The notes under the pieces: generated by a model
Seen by the model: only the letters and a program-made list of their open reading frames with translations
The model's database searches: none
What the model was told of the DNA's origin: nothing
Shown here: one piece after another, positions 11,704-22,977 of the stretch
Layout: each line of letters opens with the position of its first letter
How positions within the stretch are numbered: position 1 is the stretch's first letter
Assembly (NCBI GenBank): GCA_026025075.1
Contig: JAPEUI010000151.1
Coordinates: forward strand, 1 to 35,203
DNA from: Vezdaea acicularis
Lineage: Eukaryota
Length of the DNA: 35,203 nt
Direction of reading: 5' to 3'
Program-made: the position numbers and the translations under genes

Positions 11704-13011
11704 ATGGCTGCATGGAAGCACTCTGCGGGGTGCGGGCAAGGCCTTTGGACGTATAGGGCCCGCTGTCTATCGGCTAATTATAGGCTCAGAGGTGCAAATC
11801 TCGTTAGATGTGTCTCTCGATCAAGCTGCGATATTGAACGAACGCCGTCTGTAGCTACCGAGCCGCTCTCATCTTCTATAAAGGGATGTTTACAACCCAG
11901 AACCGCTGTCAGCAATAGTCAGACTCAAAGTCTGAGTCGCAAAGAATCTTCTTCTGCCTTACTATCAACATTGAATGACAAGTCTCCCCCTACGAGCATA
12001 CTACCTCCTTATGTGGCACCTAATTCCGGAATACTCGCCCGCCTACCAGCGTCCTGGATTCCCTATGCGGAATTAGTCAGGCTTGATAAACCTACTGGGA
12101 CTTATTATCTCTTTTTCCCCACTCTTTTTAGCACTCTCATGGCCGGCTCTTTGACGAATCCTATTACATCACCAATTTCATTAGCTACCACCATTTCGCT
12201 TTTCTTCACTGGCGCTCTAGTCATGCGCGGTGCCGGCTGTACTATAAACGATCTCTGGGACAGAAATTTAGACCCTCACGTTACTCGTACTCGACTGCGA
12301 CCGATTGCTCGAGGTGCAGTGACACCAAAGCAAGCTATAGTATTTACTGGCTTTCAGCTCCTCGCTGGTCTGGCGGTCTTGTTACAATTCCCGAGATCAT
12401 GCCTATACTATGGCATCCCTAGCTTACTGTTCGTCGTGGCGTATCCACTCGCAAAGCGTGTAACTTACTATCCCCAATTCGTCCTTGGACTTACATTCTC
12501 TTGGGGCGCTATCATGGGATTTCCTGCTCTTGGAATAGATCTTTTGAGCAATCAGGCAGCACTTTCAGCAGCAGCTTTTCTTTATGCAAGCAACGTGGCA
12601 TGGACAGTTCTTTACGACATGATATATGCTCACATGGACATACGTGATGATGCTGCTGCTGGAATCAAGAGCATTGTTCTTCGACATGAGAAAAATACAA
12701 AATCAATCATGTCGATACTAGCTATGACTCAGATTGGCTTACTTGCCGCAGCTGGAATTACAGCTGGTGCCGGGCCGGTCTTCTTTATTAGTAGCTGCGG
12801 CGGCACAGCTTTGACCTTGGCTATTATGATAAAGAGAGTCAAATTGAAAGATGTAAAGGATTGTTGGTGGTGGTTTCGCAATGGCTGTTGGTTCACCGGA
12901 GGAGCTATAAGTATCGGGTTGTTGGGTGATTATACCTTGCGACTATCAGGGCTACAAGAGCAAAGTGGCCAAACAGCCGAGATACATTTAAAGGCATCAC
13001 TGGAGCATTAG
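11704..13011 (+). CDS. COQ2: 4-hydroxybenzoate polyprenyltransferase, mitochondrial
   Basis: UbiA-family motifs RLDKPTG, GAGCTINDLWDRNLDPHVTRTRLRPIARG, YPLAKR, YDMIYAHMD..DD..GIKS; multiple hydrophobic segments. Confidence 0.97.
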   Translation: MAAWKHSAGCGQGLWTYRARCLSANYRLRGANLVRCVSRSSCDIERTPSVATEPLSSSIKGCLQPRTAVSNSQTQSLSRKESSSALLSTLNDKSPPTSILPPYVAPNSGILARLPASWIPYAELVRLDKPTGTYYLFFPTLFSTLMAGSLTNPITSPISLATTISLFFTGALVMRGAGCTINDLWDRNLDPHVTRTRLRPIARGAVTPKQAIVFTGFQLLAGLAVLLQFPRSCLYYGIPSLLFVVAYPLAKRVTYYPQFVLGLTFSWGAIMGFPALGIDLLSNQAALSAAAFLYASNVAWTVLYDMIYAHMDIRDDAAAGIKSIVLRHEKNTKSIMSILAMTQIGLLAAAGITAGAGPVFFISSCGGTALTLAIMIKRVKLKDVKDCWWWFRNGCWFTGGAISIGLLGDYTLRLSGLQEQSGQTAEIHLKASLEH

Positions 13012-13106
13012 AAACATCCCTGCATAGTGTTGGGAGAAACTGGTTTAGACCAAGATCTACGTCCAATTATCATACATGACACATCTCCGGTTATAGGTTG
13101 TTCAAA

Positions 13107-14338
13107 TCACCAGGAAGGCGCAGGACACAATCCTGCGTCTTGTGATGTGAGCTAAAGAGAAATAAAATCACGTATCATGGAACTTACCGACTTGAACCTT
13201 CTGCCCAGTCATAGAGGAGTTCTTTGCCAACATTACGAATGCTTCAGCGCAGTCTTCAAGGTCGGTCTTCACTCTACTAGTTAAACCTGTCCTTTTAATT
13301 CTGAACAAGTAAGCTTACCTCTTTCTTCAAGAGTGCCTTATTCTTCGTCATCGTGATTCGATCTTCACCGAATCCAGCACCCTTATGTAGTTGTCAATTG
13401 CTTTGAAGCTTTCATTGGAGGTGCCTTCAGCGTACCCAGTCTGTCAAAAGAAGCCCAGGCAATACTGCATTTATTCGAACTTTCGGACCCTGCGTAAACG
13501 TAAGGCATTGCATCAAGTGCAGTCCCTAACACACTTAAAGATCCGCATGTCTCATGCAGCTACCCAGGGCTACTAACTGCAGCTTTTGACACAGCATAAG
13601 CCATGGTGCTTCCAGAAGTGCCCACACCCTGGGAAACTTAGTACCAAGTTCTCCTTGAGAGTCCAGATTGGAACAAACCGCGATCGATGAGGTCATAAGG
13701 AACACCCCACCGTCAGTGTTTGCGTTGAACGTGGGGAGGGCTTCTCTGAGCAAGAACATCGGGCCTTTGACGTTGACGCTCCAGCACTAGACCAATCAGA
13801 CTTTATACAAAATCTTTGAGGGCGCGTTTCGATGAATACCTTATCCCAGTCTTCTTCGGACAGGGCATCGAGGTCTCCAAATCTAGAGAACTTTGTCCAG
13901 CCCTCCGAGTTTTTCAGCTTATAGGGCTATGGTCAAGCATTGATATATATTACCGCATTTGAAATCAGAATATCTAGACCTCGTAGCTGTTTAATTGCTT
14001 CTTGCACTACATCCACGCAGTCCACAAGCTTGCCCATATCCTGCGCCCTTTTAGTCTGATGTAGCACGGACGTGTGGTAGTTGTGTGTGGAGTTTACCCC
14101 CTTCAACGCAATGCATTTGACTCCACAGTCTTTCTCGATGCTCATGACTGTGTTCTCGGCTGCCTCCACATTGCTCGAGTAGTTGATCGCAACTGCGCAT
14201 CCCTCTTCTGCGAACTTACGGGCTATGACAGCCCCAAGACCCCTTAAGACATGAGATCATGAATCCTCAAGATGGTGGTTCGGCGTACCGTGAGCCGCCT
14301 GTGACTAGGACTTTACGATTCTTGAGTGCATATGGCAT
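13107..14338 (-). CDS. Classical short-chain dehydrogenase/reductase (255 aa, 10 exons)
   Basis: Exons 14338-14289, 14242-14098, 14040-13954, 13902-13840, 13786-13679, 13628-13578, 13525-13436, 13381-13319, 13266-13188, 13138-13107. Motifs VLVTGGSRGLG, LDILISNAG, YAVSK, VRINAVLPG, TGQKVQVDAG. Confidence 0.92.
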
Positions 14339-15462
14339 GTTAGTGTCTTATATTGATTTTTCTCAAGTTCTTGATCTAGGGTTTGTAATTTAACCTTGAA
14401 AACGCGCTAAATTTCACGATATATTGAGAACTTGAACCCCTCCAATGGGCTCGCTGAAGCCGAGACGCACTCACGAGCCTGTGGTGCTATTGCAAGGCCT
14501 CTTCTCTCATAGCAGCCGTATTGACAGCAAATTTATCAGACAAAAAACCAATAAATATAGATGATGTATTTGATGAGTCCAAAAATATTTCAAAAAAACG
14601 CTTTTTGCTGCCATGACAGTAGCGAGCGCTCATGCAAAATACGCACCAATCACATTAAGTTGGCGCGATCTCTTGACGCGACAGAGGACTGGTAGTCTCA
14701 CGTGACAGAGCGCCTGTAGACAGCGTCGTGCGGCGCTCCAGAGCCTTCCACCCTTTGATTCGACCTTTTACGATGGAGAAAATGCCACAAGCTTCCGTGA
14801 AACATGGTCCTGTCCTCGAGTCACGACCGAATCAAAGCGGAGATTACCCTAGGAGGCGGGTTACTAGACTGCACTATGACGTAGGTTTGGTTCGGGCACA
14901 ACCGAACTTCGCTTCGGACCCGCCAGCAACGCCGATGCTTCTAGCACTCTGCGATCGCCGCCCCTCCATCTGCCTTTGGAAACTGTGGCGCAGCGTGCCC
15001 TGACTTCTGACGAACCAGAGAAGAGATAATGAGGGTATGTGCGTCATATTTCGGGGGGCTGTCCCTCTGGCGGCTTCGATGTGGCTGGTGCGACACGAAG
15101 CCGTAGCATCTTTCCTTGATTTCGGCAGATACCCCAGCCCTCCATCTGATTAGAGTTGGTTCCTGCGCACCTATTTCATTGGCAAATAGCGTGTATAGGC
15201 GGGGCCGATGACGCCGTGGAGGCTATTCCTTGCAGAAAGCTCCCCTGCCTCTGATGTCAGCCCAGACTTCAAGCTGCGCGTTCTTGTTTCTCCTATCATT
15301 TGCTCTGGTTACTAGCCTTGGCTCTAGGGCTCAACTTTGCTATAAAGTTTCGGCTTCATACCTCACTTCTTTCTTCACATCACACTAGAAATTACCTCTA
15401 CTAAACATACCATCAAACTTGAACACTTCAGTCAACACTCATCAAACATACTACTAGCCAAA

Positions 15463-15865
15463 ATGGTTCACACTACCACCACACGCACAAAGCCCTCCCT
15501 TATGTCGCGCCTCACCGGCCGTCATCACCGCCGAACGCGTGCGACTCATCACTCAGCTACACCAGTCATCGAGACACATCATAATACCCATCATAATCAT
15601 CACAACAATCACCACGGATACAACAATAGCTCCACCGTCGCTCCTGTACACCACCAACGAAGACGTCCTAGCATCGGCGACAAGGTCTCTGGAGCTATGC
15701 TCAAGCTCAAGGGCTCCCTAACACACCGCCCAGGCGTCAAGGTATGAATCTATCTAAACACGCAGCTTGTTACTGCTCCATACTAACATATCTGGATAGG
15801 CTGCTGGTACTCGACGCATGCATGGAACTGATGGCCGAGGAAGCCACCGCACCTATGGTTATTAG
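15463..15865 (+). CDS. Small His/Arg-rich hydrophilic fungal protein of unknown function (114 aa)
   Basis: Exons 15463-15741 and 15800-15865; intron GTATGA..TACTAAC..TAG; good start context (CAAA ATG); TATAAA at 15341; C-terminal block RRPSIGDKVSGAMLKLKGSLTHRPGVKAAGTRRMHGTDGRG that I recall from uncharacterised ascomycete proteins. Confidence 0.88.
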
Positions 15866-16208
15866 ATTCCGAAGTTGGGAAGGAAAATTGAATTATGGGA
15901 ATGTTGTATCCTAAGGCGCTTGACGATGCGACGACCGGGAACCGCCTTTCTGGATCTTCTAGCGTGTTATATTATGTCCTTTCTTGCATGATGATATCCT
16001 AGCATAGCGATCGTCTAAAATCGCACAAGTTGAGAATTAAATGATTAGATTTTAAAAATACTCGAAACAAGTGATATCAATCTCTCATGGTGTTTATCGT
16101 AACCAATCATGTTAATGCCTACTCGGTAATCTGACGTCGAGAATATCCTCCCCGCCCAATCACATCACCACGAAGAGAGCTGAACTGAATTAGATCACCT
16201 ACGATATA

Positions 16209-16939
16209 ATGTCTTCTCCATCGATAGCGTGTATTGGAATTATAGGCAAGCAGGTACTACAGCCCTCCAGATTTTCATGCCCTCAACACGCTCCCCCCCA
16301 AAGTTCAAACCCCTTTCATACTAACCTCAAATACAGAATAATCCTCTTCACATCTCGCTCTTCCCACCCACTCGATCCATGCTCGAGTTCTCGCTACTCC
16401 TCTCCTCAAACTTAGACATATTCGAAGCTCGCATACGGCCCCCACTGAACCCGGTTGACCAAGATTTCGGCCTGCTGCAGGCCGTCGACGAACGCCTGGC
16501 GTGCTATGGCTGGATGACGAATACTGGAGTCAAATTTGTCGCTGTTGTAGACATGGAGGGGAGGCCTGCTCCTTCTGAAGGCTTGGGTAGTGGCAAGGCT
16601 GTAATTACTGGTATACGGGATTCGGATCTCAAGCCTGTGAGTAGTACCTCCAGGATGCCAGTCCGCACCAGCATTGGATCAAGCTCCTATAACTTCCTCG
16701 AGCATATGACTGTATTATCAAGACTCTCACAGCTGCTCATACGATTATAGTTGTTCAAAGCAATTCAGACAGCTTATGTGCGGCTACTCCAGAACCCTTT
16801 CTACGACCCAGATGAGCATTCCCCATTGGGACCGAATGGAGAACCAAAGGTCGGATCAACGCAAATCACAAGTCAGAGATTCATCAGGGAAGTTAGAAGA
16901 ATCGGAGACATATGGGCACCAGGTATCACGAATATATGA
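16209..16939 (+). CDS. TRAPPC2L: Sedlin-family TRAPP subunit (TRAPPC2L/Tca17-like)
   Basis: Exons 16209-16253, 16337-16636, 16751-16939. Motifs IACIGIIGKQNNPL, DFGLLQAVDERLACYGWMTNTGVKF, YVRLLQNPFY. Confidence 0.9.
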
Positions 16940-17243
16940 TCACCATTGGTGTAAGATTATTCTTCGCATGCTATTCGTAAGGTGAGGATATTTCCCCATT
17001 GAGAGTCGAGACCTCATTATCACGGCCGAACTGTGACTTCCCAGCAGCAACATACTCAGAGTTACATTTTCTTGTCCCATGGCTTAGCATTTTGGTCCAC
17101 TTAGGTCTCCAATCTGTCTTTGAGTTCGATATGTGCGTCGCGAAGGCAGTTCGCTTCCCGTAGTGGAGCCTCAAACTCGTCATACATCCCACCTCGAATG
17201 CGTCTCCTCCAATGCAACCTTTTATATCAATACGAATTTCCCC

Positions 17244-19376
17244 ATGCTCTCCCCTGCTTCTCTGTCGCCTGCCAGCACTAGCCTGACTATCACTAATCCA
17301 TTGGTCCTCTACCGAACCCTTCTCGCCGCAAATCGCATCGCTCCTGATCCGTCGCAACATCGCCTAGCAATTCACCTTGAGAAGATCTACAACCGACTCA
17401 AGGACTACACTCCCAGCGTTGAATACTCTCACCGACTACAACAGATTGGCCGCGCTATTGGCAAGGATGCTAAGCCGTCGAGCGCTCGTACCGACGGGCT
17501 ACTCGGCACGCTCTGGGCAAGGAAGGAGAGGAGAGATACCCTAGCATTGACGCAGGTTTTGACAAGCCAGCAGGCAGCGCTTACTCTTAATTCGCCTCAG
17601 GGTTTGCTGCTGCATGGCGATGTAGGAACAGGAAAGAGCATGCTGATTGAGCTTCTTGCCAGTAGCCTCCCACACAAAGCAAAGCGGCGATGGCACTTCA
17701 ACACATTCATGCTGGAATCACTTGCGCAGATAGAGAACTTACGGGTTCGGGACCCGATAGCAAAGCTAACAGAGAATGATGGAGAAGCGGAGGAATTCTC
17801 CTTGTTGAGGTTAGCGAGGGAACTTGTCGAGACTTCACCGATCCTATTCCTGGACGAGTTCCAGCTTCCCGACAGGGCGGCTTCGAAGATCCTGAGCGGG
17901 CTGTTCACAGCATTCTTTCAGCTTGGGGGGGTGCTCATTGCGACGAGTAACCGGATGCCGGAAGAGCTGGCGAAGGCTGCTGGAATACAATCCATACCTT
18001 TGACGTATCGCGGGCGAGAGTCAGATGCATGGGGCCAGCAGCTTGGCCTACACTCGTCAGGCGTTTCAGGGAAGAGCGAGGGGTTTTCTCCGGGACAGAA
18101 TGAGTTTGCTGGATTTCTTGAAGTGCTGAAAGCACGGTGTGAAGTCTGGGACATGGAAGGTGGCAGAGATTGGAGGAGAAGAGAGGCCGAAGAAGAAGCC
18201 GGCCCAGGAGAAGACAATATCAAGCACTTAAACAAGGAGACACTTGGCTTTGCTGGGCTCGAAAACATGAAATCTGGTAATCTGGGCCTTGGATTTGAAC
18301 AGAGTCATCATGAAAATCTCCCCCAAGCTTCGACTGCTTGTTCTAATATCCTCCCAAAGCACTATCATCTTGCTTCTCCCAGCCCCTTGAGTGCAGTCAT
18401 TGCAGCAACCCTCAACCCCTCTGATCCTACTACACCAATACCATGGAGACCCACGACCCTCACCATCTACAAGCGTACCCTCCCCATATCACATTCTCAC
18501 GCCGGCATGGCCCTCTTTACCTTTGCCGACCTCTGCTGCCGCACCCTTGGCCCAGCAGACTACATCACCATCGCCAGCACCTTCCACACTCTCGTCTTAA
18601 CCGGCGTCCCCGTCCTGACCTGGCAGCAAAAGAACGAAGCTCGCCGCCTGATCACCCTCCTCGACGCCCTATACGAGGCGCGATGTCGGCTCTTTCTCGA
18701 AGCCGCCGCCGGCCCCGACGACATCTTCTTTCCAGAAACCTCCAGCCCCACCCCCAAGGCAGGGAACAGACCGGAACCCATCATCAACGAAGACCAAACC
18801 TACCCCGAAACCATCTCCGAAATCCAGCAGGACCTGACCCAGCCCTTCCGTCCCAACACCTCTTCCTACAGCCCCGCTCCGTCTGGTCGCAGCACCCCCC
18901 GCTCCGTCCTTGTAGACGAGGACTCCGACTTCGGCCACCTCCACACCTCCGTCTCCGCCCACCAGAAACCGTCTCCCTCCTTCTCGAACGCCTCCGCAGC
19001 CTTCACAGGCGAGGATGAGCGCTTCGCCTATCTCCGCGCGCGGAGCAGGTTGTGGGAGATGTGCGGGCGGAGATGGTGGGCTGATCGCCCAGTCGACAGG
19101 GTGGAGGAATGGTGGCGGCCTTTGCCTCCTAGTGAGCGAGCATGGGAGAGGAGTAAGCAGGACGAGGCGGTTGCGGAGGCGGAGAAGGCATGGAGTGGCG
19201 AGGAAAGGTTTCGAGATGGCGGAAGCCCCTTTCGAAGGGAGGAGAAGCCGCCGCCGGTGTTTGGGGAGTGGCACGCCTGGGGTATCGTCAAATGGGGGAG
19301 GAAGGCAGGAGCTTGGGGGAGGGGAGTAGAAGGGCTGGCGGAGAGGAAGAAGGGGGAGAGTGATGGCGGACGGTGA
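17244..19376 (+). CDS. AFG1/LACE1/ZapE-family ATPase
   Basis: Walker A HGDVGTGKS, RRWHFNTFM, Walker B LFLDEFQ, ATSNR, LGPADYI, EARRLITLLDALYE, GEDERFA. First in-frame ATG is 17244; the ORF track starts at a GTG. Confidence 0.93.
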   Translation: MLSPASLSPASTSLTITNPLVLYRTLLAANRIAPDPSQHRLAIHLEKIYNRLKDYTPSVEYSHRLQQIGRAIGKDAKPSSARTDGLLGTLWARKERRDTLALTQVLTSQQAALTLNSPQGLLLHGDVGTGKSMLIELLASSLPHKAKRRWHFNTFMLESLAQIENLRVRDPIAKLTENDGEAEEFSLLRLARELVETSPILFLDEFQLPDRAASKILSGLFTAFFQLGGVLIATSNRMPEELAKAAGIQSIPLTYRGRESDAWGQQLGLHSSGVSGKSEGFSPGQNEFAGFLEVLKARCEVWDMEGGRDWRRREAEEEAGPGEDNIKHLNKETLGFAGLENMKSGNLGLGFEQSHHENLPQASTACSNILPKHYHLASPSPLSAVIAATLNPSDPTTPIPWRPTTLTIYKRTLPISHSHAGMALFTFADLCCRTLGPADYITIASTFHTLVLTGVPVLTWQQKNEARRLITLLDALYEARCRLFLEAAAGPDDIFFPETSSPTPKAGNRPEPIINEDQTYPETISEIQQDLTQPFRPNTSSYSPAPSGRSTPRSVLVDEDSDFGHLHTSVSAHQKPSPSFSNASAAFTGEDERFAYLRARSRLWEMCGRRWWADRPVDRVEEWWRPLPPSERAWERSKQDEAVAEAEKAWSGEERFRDGGSPFRREEKPPPVFGEWHAWGIVKWGRKAGAWGRGVEGLAERKKGESDGGR

Positions 19377-19463
19377 CATTTGAATAATACAGTTCAAAAC
19401 TTGGTCTTGCGAAAAAATGCATATGCTAAGCCTCTCCCATGCATACCAAAAACGCACGAACGC

Positions 19464-21493
19464 CTACTTCGCCACGAGCCCCTTGCCCTTGTCCTTGCCC
19501 TTCCCCTTCTCCACATCCCCCACATCCTCCTCCTCCTCGTCACTACCAACGCTATACCCACCCTCCTCAGCATGTAAATCATCCAGCTCGGCCTCATCAA
19601 AGTCCGCAGCCTCGACATCCCTCTCGCCCCGCTTCTGCCGCATGCCCTCCAAACCGACGCCATTCTCAAAAGCCACATGCCCATTCCCATGTCCCACGCC
19701 TCTATACCCAGCGCGCCTCCTGCGATCGCGCCAGACGTACCAGCCCCACGCTGCGGCCGCGATGCCCACGACCACGAGCGCGATCTCGCCGGACTTGTAG
19801 TAGGCGTGCCACTTCGCGTCCTCGAGGCGTTGGGCCTCTTTCTCCTGGGCGGCGGTGCTGTTCGGATGGCCGCCCACGCTCGTCTCGAGGCCCTTCTCGC
19901 CGTCGATGCGGCTGTCGGCGGGCGTGCCGCCAATGGAGGCAATGTCGACGCCGAGGAAGCGGTCGAGCATGTCGCGGCTGCGACGTGGGTAGTCGAAGGG
20001 AACCATGTGGCTGCTGTTGTAGAAGAGGACGTAGGTCAGGTTCCGCGCTTCCTGGTAGATGCCTGCGGGCTCGCCCTCGAAGGTCCAGTCGCGCCGAGGA
20101 GCCCACGTCCCCGGGCTGAGCTCGAAGCCCTTCCCGCCGTTCCATTCCATGTTGTTGATTAGTTCTTCTGTGCCGATGTGGTTGCAGATGAAGTCCTTGG
20201 CGCCGGAGAAGAGCACGATGGGTACTTCTTTGAGGATTTCGGGTAGCATCTTGATGGTGGGCTCGGACTTTTTGTTGCGCAATTCGCCGGAGACGGACCC
20301 GGAGCATTCGGTCCAGGAGGGGCGTTTGCCGGGGTTGAGGTTCAGTGCTTTCACGACATCGGGTTTACCGAGGTAGGGTGTGACTTGCTTGAGATCGGGA
20401 GGCCAATTCATGCCGCAAGAGGGGGCGCTGTCCCGTAGGCGGATGTCGTACATGTTTGTGCAGGTAAAGCCCTTTTTGCCATTGGGATCAGGAGTAGTAT
20501 CCGGAAGCTGGGTGGCATCGAGGATGAGGCGGAGAATCTCTTCGCATTCCTGATTCTCGATCTTGTCGGCGCCGCCTTCGTTCAAGAGCTTCGTACAGAG
20601 GGCGACTTGCGATTCGATTTTCTTAGCTACGGGGGTTCCTCCCTCGATCATGTGCTCCTTGTAGGCGAATGGTAGGTACGATAGGTATTGCTCTGCGGGT
20701 GCTATCCAGCCATTGCCTATCAATAGGCCCTTAAGATTCCACTTGTTCTCCGCCGATTCTCTCTTATTACGGTTGAGAATGGCTTGTGCGATGTAAGGTA
20801 TATGAACGCCAGCATAAGACTCCCCAGAAAAGTACAACTAATGAGGTGAGCAGAGGCACAAACAGGAAGCTGCTGCAAACCTACATCATCATGCATATAT
20901 TGTGGGAACAAGCCGAAAAACTTCTCCAAGAATACAACCATATGATCGGCTATATCAGTCATCTCATGATCGTAACTGTCCGTGTCGACGTAGCTGAATC
21001 CTGTGCCAACGGGCTGGTCGACGAATACAACGTTTGCAAACTCATCCCACGAGCCCTCGTTGTATTCTAGTTTGAAGTCTCCCTTCTGGCTGCCTTCCTT
21101 AACCCTATATGGCCCAATCTCCATCAGGGCACCATCCATGGAACTGCAGCCGGGTCCACCATTCAACCATATTACGGTTCTTTGCTTGTTTGCGATATGT
21201 CGGTTCTGAAATAGCCAAAAGAAAAGATTACCGTGATGTTCTGGGTTAACTTCGATGTGTCTGCAAAGGTTGTCAGCGTGGCCGGCGCTTATAGGGGGGG
21301 GAATGGAGACGTACCCAGCATGCATCTTAAGTAGTGGTCCATCGGGTGCGCCTGGTAAGTCATGGATGAAGTAGTCCGCAGAAGTCTTATCTGCAAGAAC
21401 ACCTAAGGGCGAGAGAAGCCAGAGAAGACCACATACTATCGAAGTGCGGAGGCTGTCATCTCCACGTCGCAATAATGAGGAGAATAGTCGCAT
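19464..21493 (-). CDS. KEX1: Pheromone-processing serine carboxypeptidase KEX1 (peptidase S10)
   Basis: Exons 21493-21315, 21260-20885, 20837-19464. Motifs [35 protein letters not shown]-terminal TM helix and acidic cytosolic tail. Confidence 0.96.
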
Positions 21494-22134
21494 GTTGGCG
21501 AGTCTTTGGGCTGAAGCACAGGTGGCTCATAGATAGTAGATAGAGTCCATAAGATCACCGTAGCATCGCCGAAGCAGAGTGGATGAGAAGTGATTGAAAG
21601 GGAAGCTGTCAAGGAAGCGTATGGATGATATTGCCTGACGGATGGGACGAGGACAAAGACGGCAAGAGGGTCGTTCTGGCTAGACTGAAGAGAATATCTG
21701 GAAATCTTGGAGAAGAGGGAGAAGATACGGTAGCGTTCCTGGAAGTGAATATAAGGAATTATTGTATGGTAAAGAGAGGATGGCTTAGAGAAATGTCAGA
21801 GACGCGATCTGGCTAACATGCGTTCCCGATTTGGCCCCGGAGGCTGAGTCTCGCTTATTATTGAAGACCGTCAGGACCCTGCGCTAAGATTCCTTTCAGC
21901 AAACCGATCAGGGCAGTATTTAAGGACCTTCGAATTGATTGGCGTACGTCAATTGCGGGCGTTTATTCATTTCGCATGTTGAACAAGCTTTTCTTCCTCT
22001 GTTCTCACTGCGTTCCTGCTCTCTATACATGAATCTCTTGGCGCCGCCACATGAATCAAGCTTTTCGGACAACGGGGGCTTGCACGAGACTAGTTTCCAT
22101 TCGGAGATGCCCAATATTTATCTACCCCATAACC

Positions 22135-22977
22135 CTATAGCAAGTCCTCAATACCCTTCTCCGAGTCTTTCTTGATCTGCTCAAGCATACCCTTCCAATG
22201 ATCAGCACACAAGCCTTCTCCTATAGAATATTCTTACCTGAGGCATGATGGGCGTACCGTCGGGGCCCTGAACGTATCTGAAGGGCATTTCGACACTTTC
22301 GTGCTTGTCAACCTTGAGTTCTGGATAGTCTACGTACTTGATTTGATTTAGCTGGACTTCAAAGATTGTTAGTCTATACACTTTTAGAGCTGCAAGATCG
22401 CACGCTAGTCGTATACCTTGATCTTGAACGACCATCCTTGTCACTCTCACGGCTGTGTCGGTCGTCATCTGCTTTGGTCCTAGATTCCGATTCGTATAGC
22501 CCATCTTTCGCAATTCCGAGGTTCGATCTGCGACCCCCTTAGATGTGACTTTAGCATATTCTGATTATTAGTATACCTCTTGGTGGATCGTCCCCTTCAA
22601 GTAGTCAGCATGTATCTGGTGCTGTAAACACCTTTCTATTACAAACCTAATATGCCTCCGAACAGAAATACATCAAAGTCCTTTCCATCTTCCGGCACCA
22701 AAGGCTCACTCGCAGCGGGATCAAGGAGGCACACTCGACTCCTGCGCGACTCGAGCAAAGTCTCAACGCTCTCATGCTTTATTCGTATCGCCTCAAGGCC
22801 ATCGAATGCGGAAAGAGTCTCCCCAGTCGTAGGGTTGAAAGATGTCAACCAGAATTCTGCCTTTGCCTTTTCTGCTTCTTTTGCAATTGTGATGTACTCC
22901 AGTTTTGACCATTCTTCAATCTCCGGGTCAAGATGCTCGACAGCAAATATAAATGCCTTGTTCAATGGTTCACTCAT
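22135..22977 (-). CDS. SFM1: SPOUT-family protein arginine methyltransferase Sfm1 (DUF431)
   Basis: Exons 22977-22647, 22594-22577, 22527-22417, 22356-22238, 22191-22135. Motifs VEHLDPE..WSKLEY, VCLLDP, FLFGGILGDDPPRDRTSELR, LGPKQMTTDTAV, MPFRYV. Confidence 0.93.

Noticed and set aside
18443..20376. Overlapping alternative-frame and antisense ORFs in the AFG1-like gene and KEX1
   Set aside because: Expected shadows of high-GC codon usage.
21625..21816. 63-aa ORF upstream of KEX1
   Set aside because: Antisense of the CT-rich KEX1 leader; no coding hallmarks.
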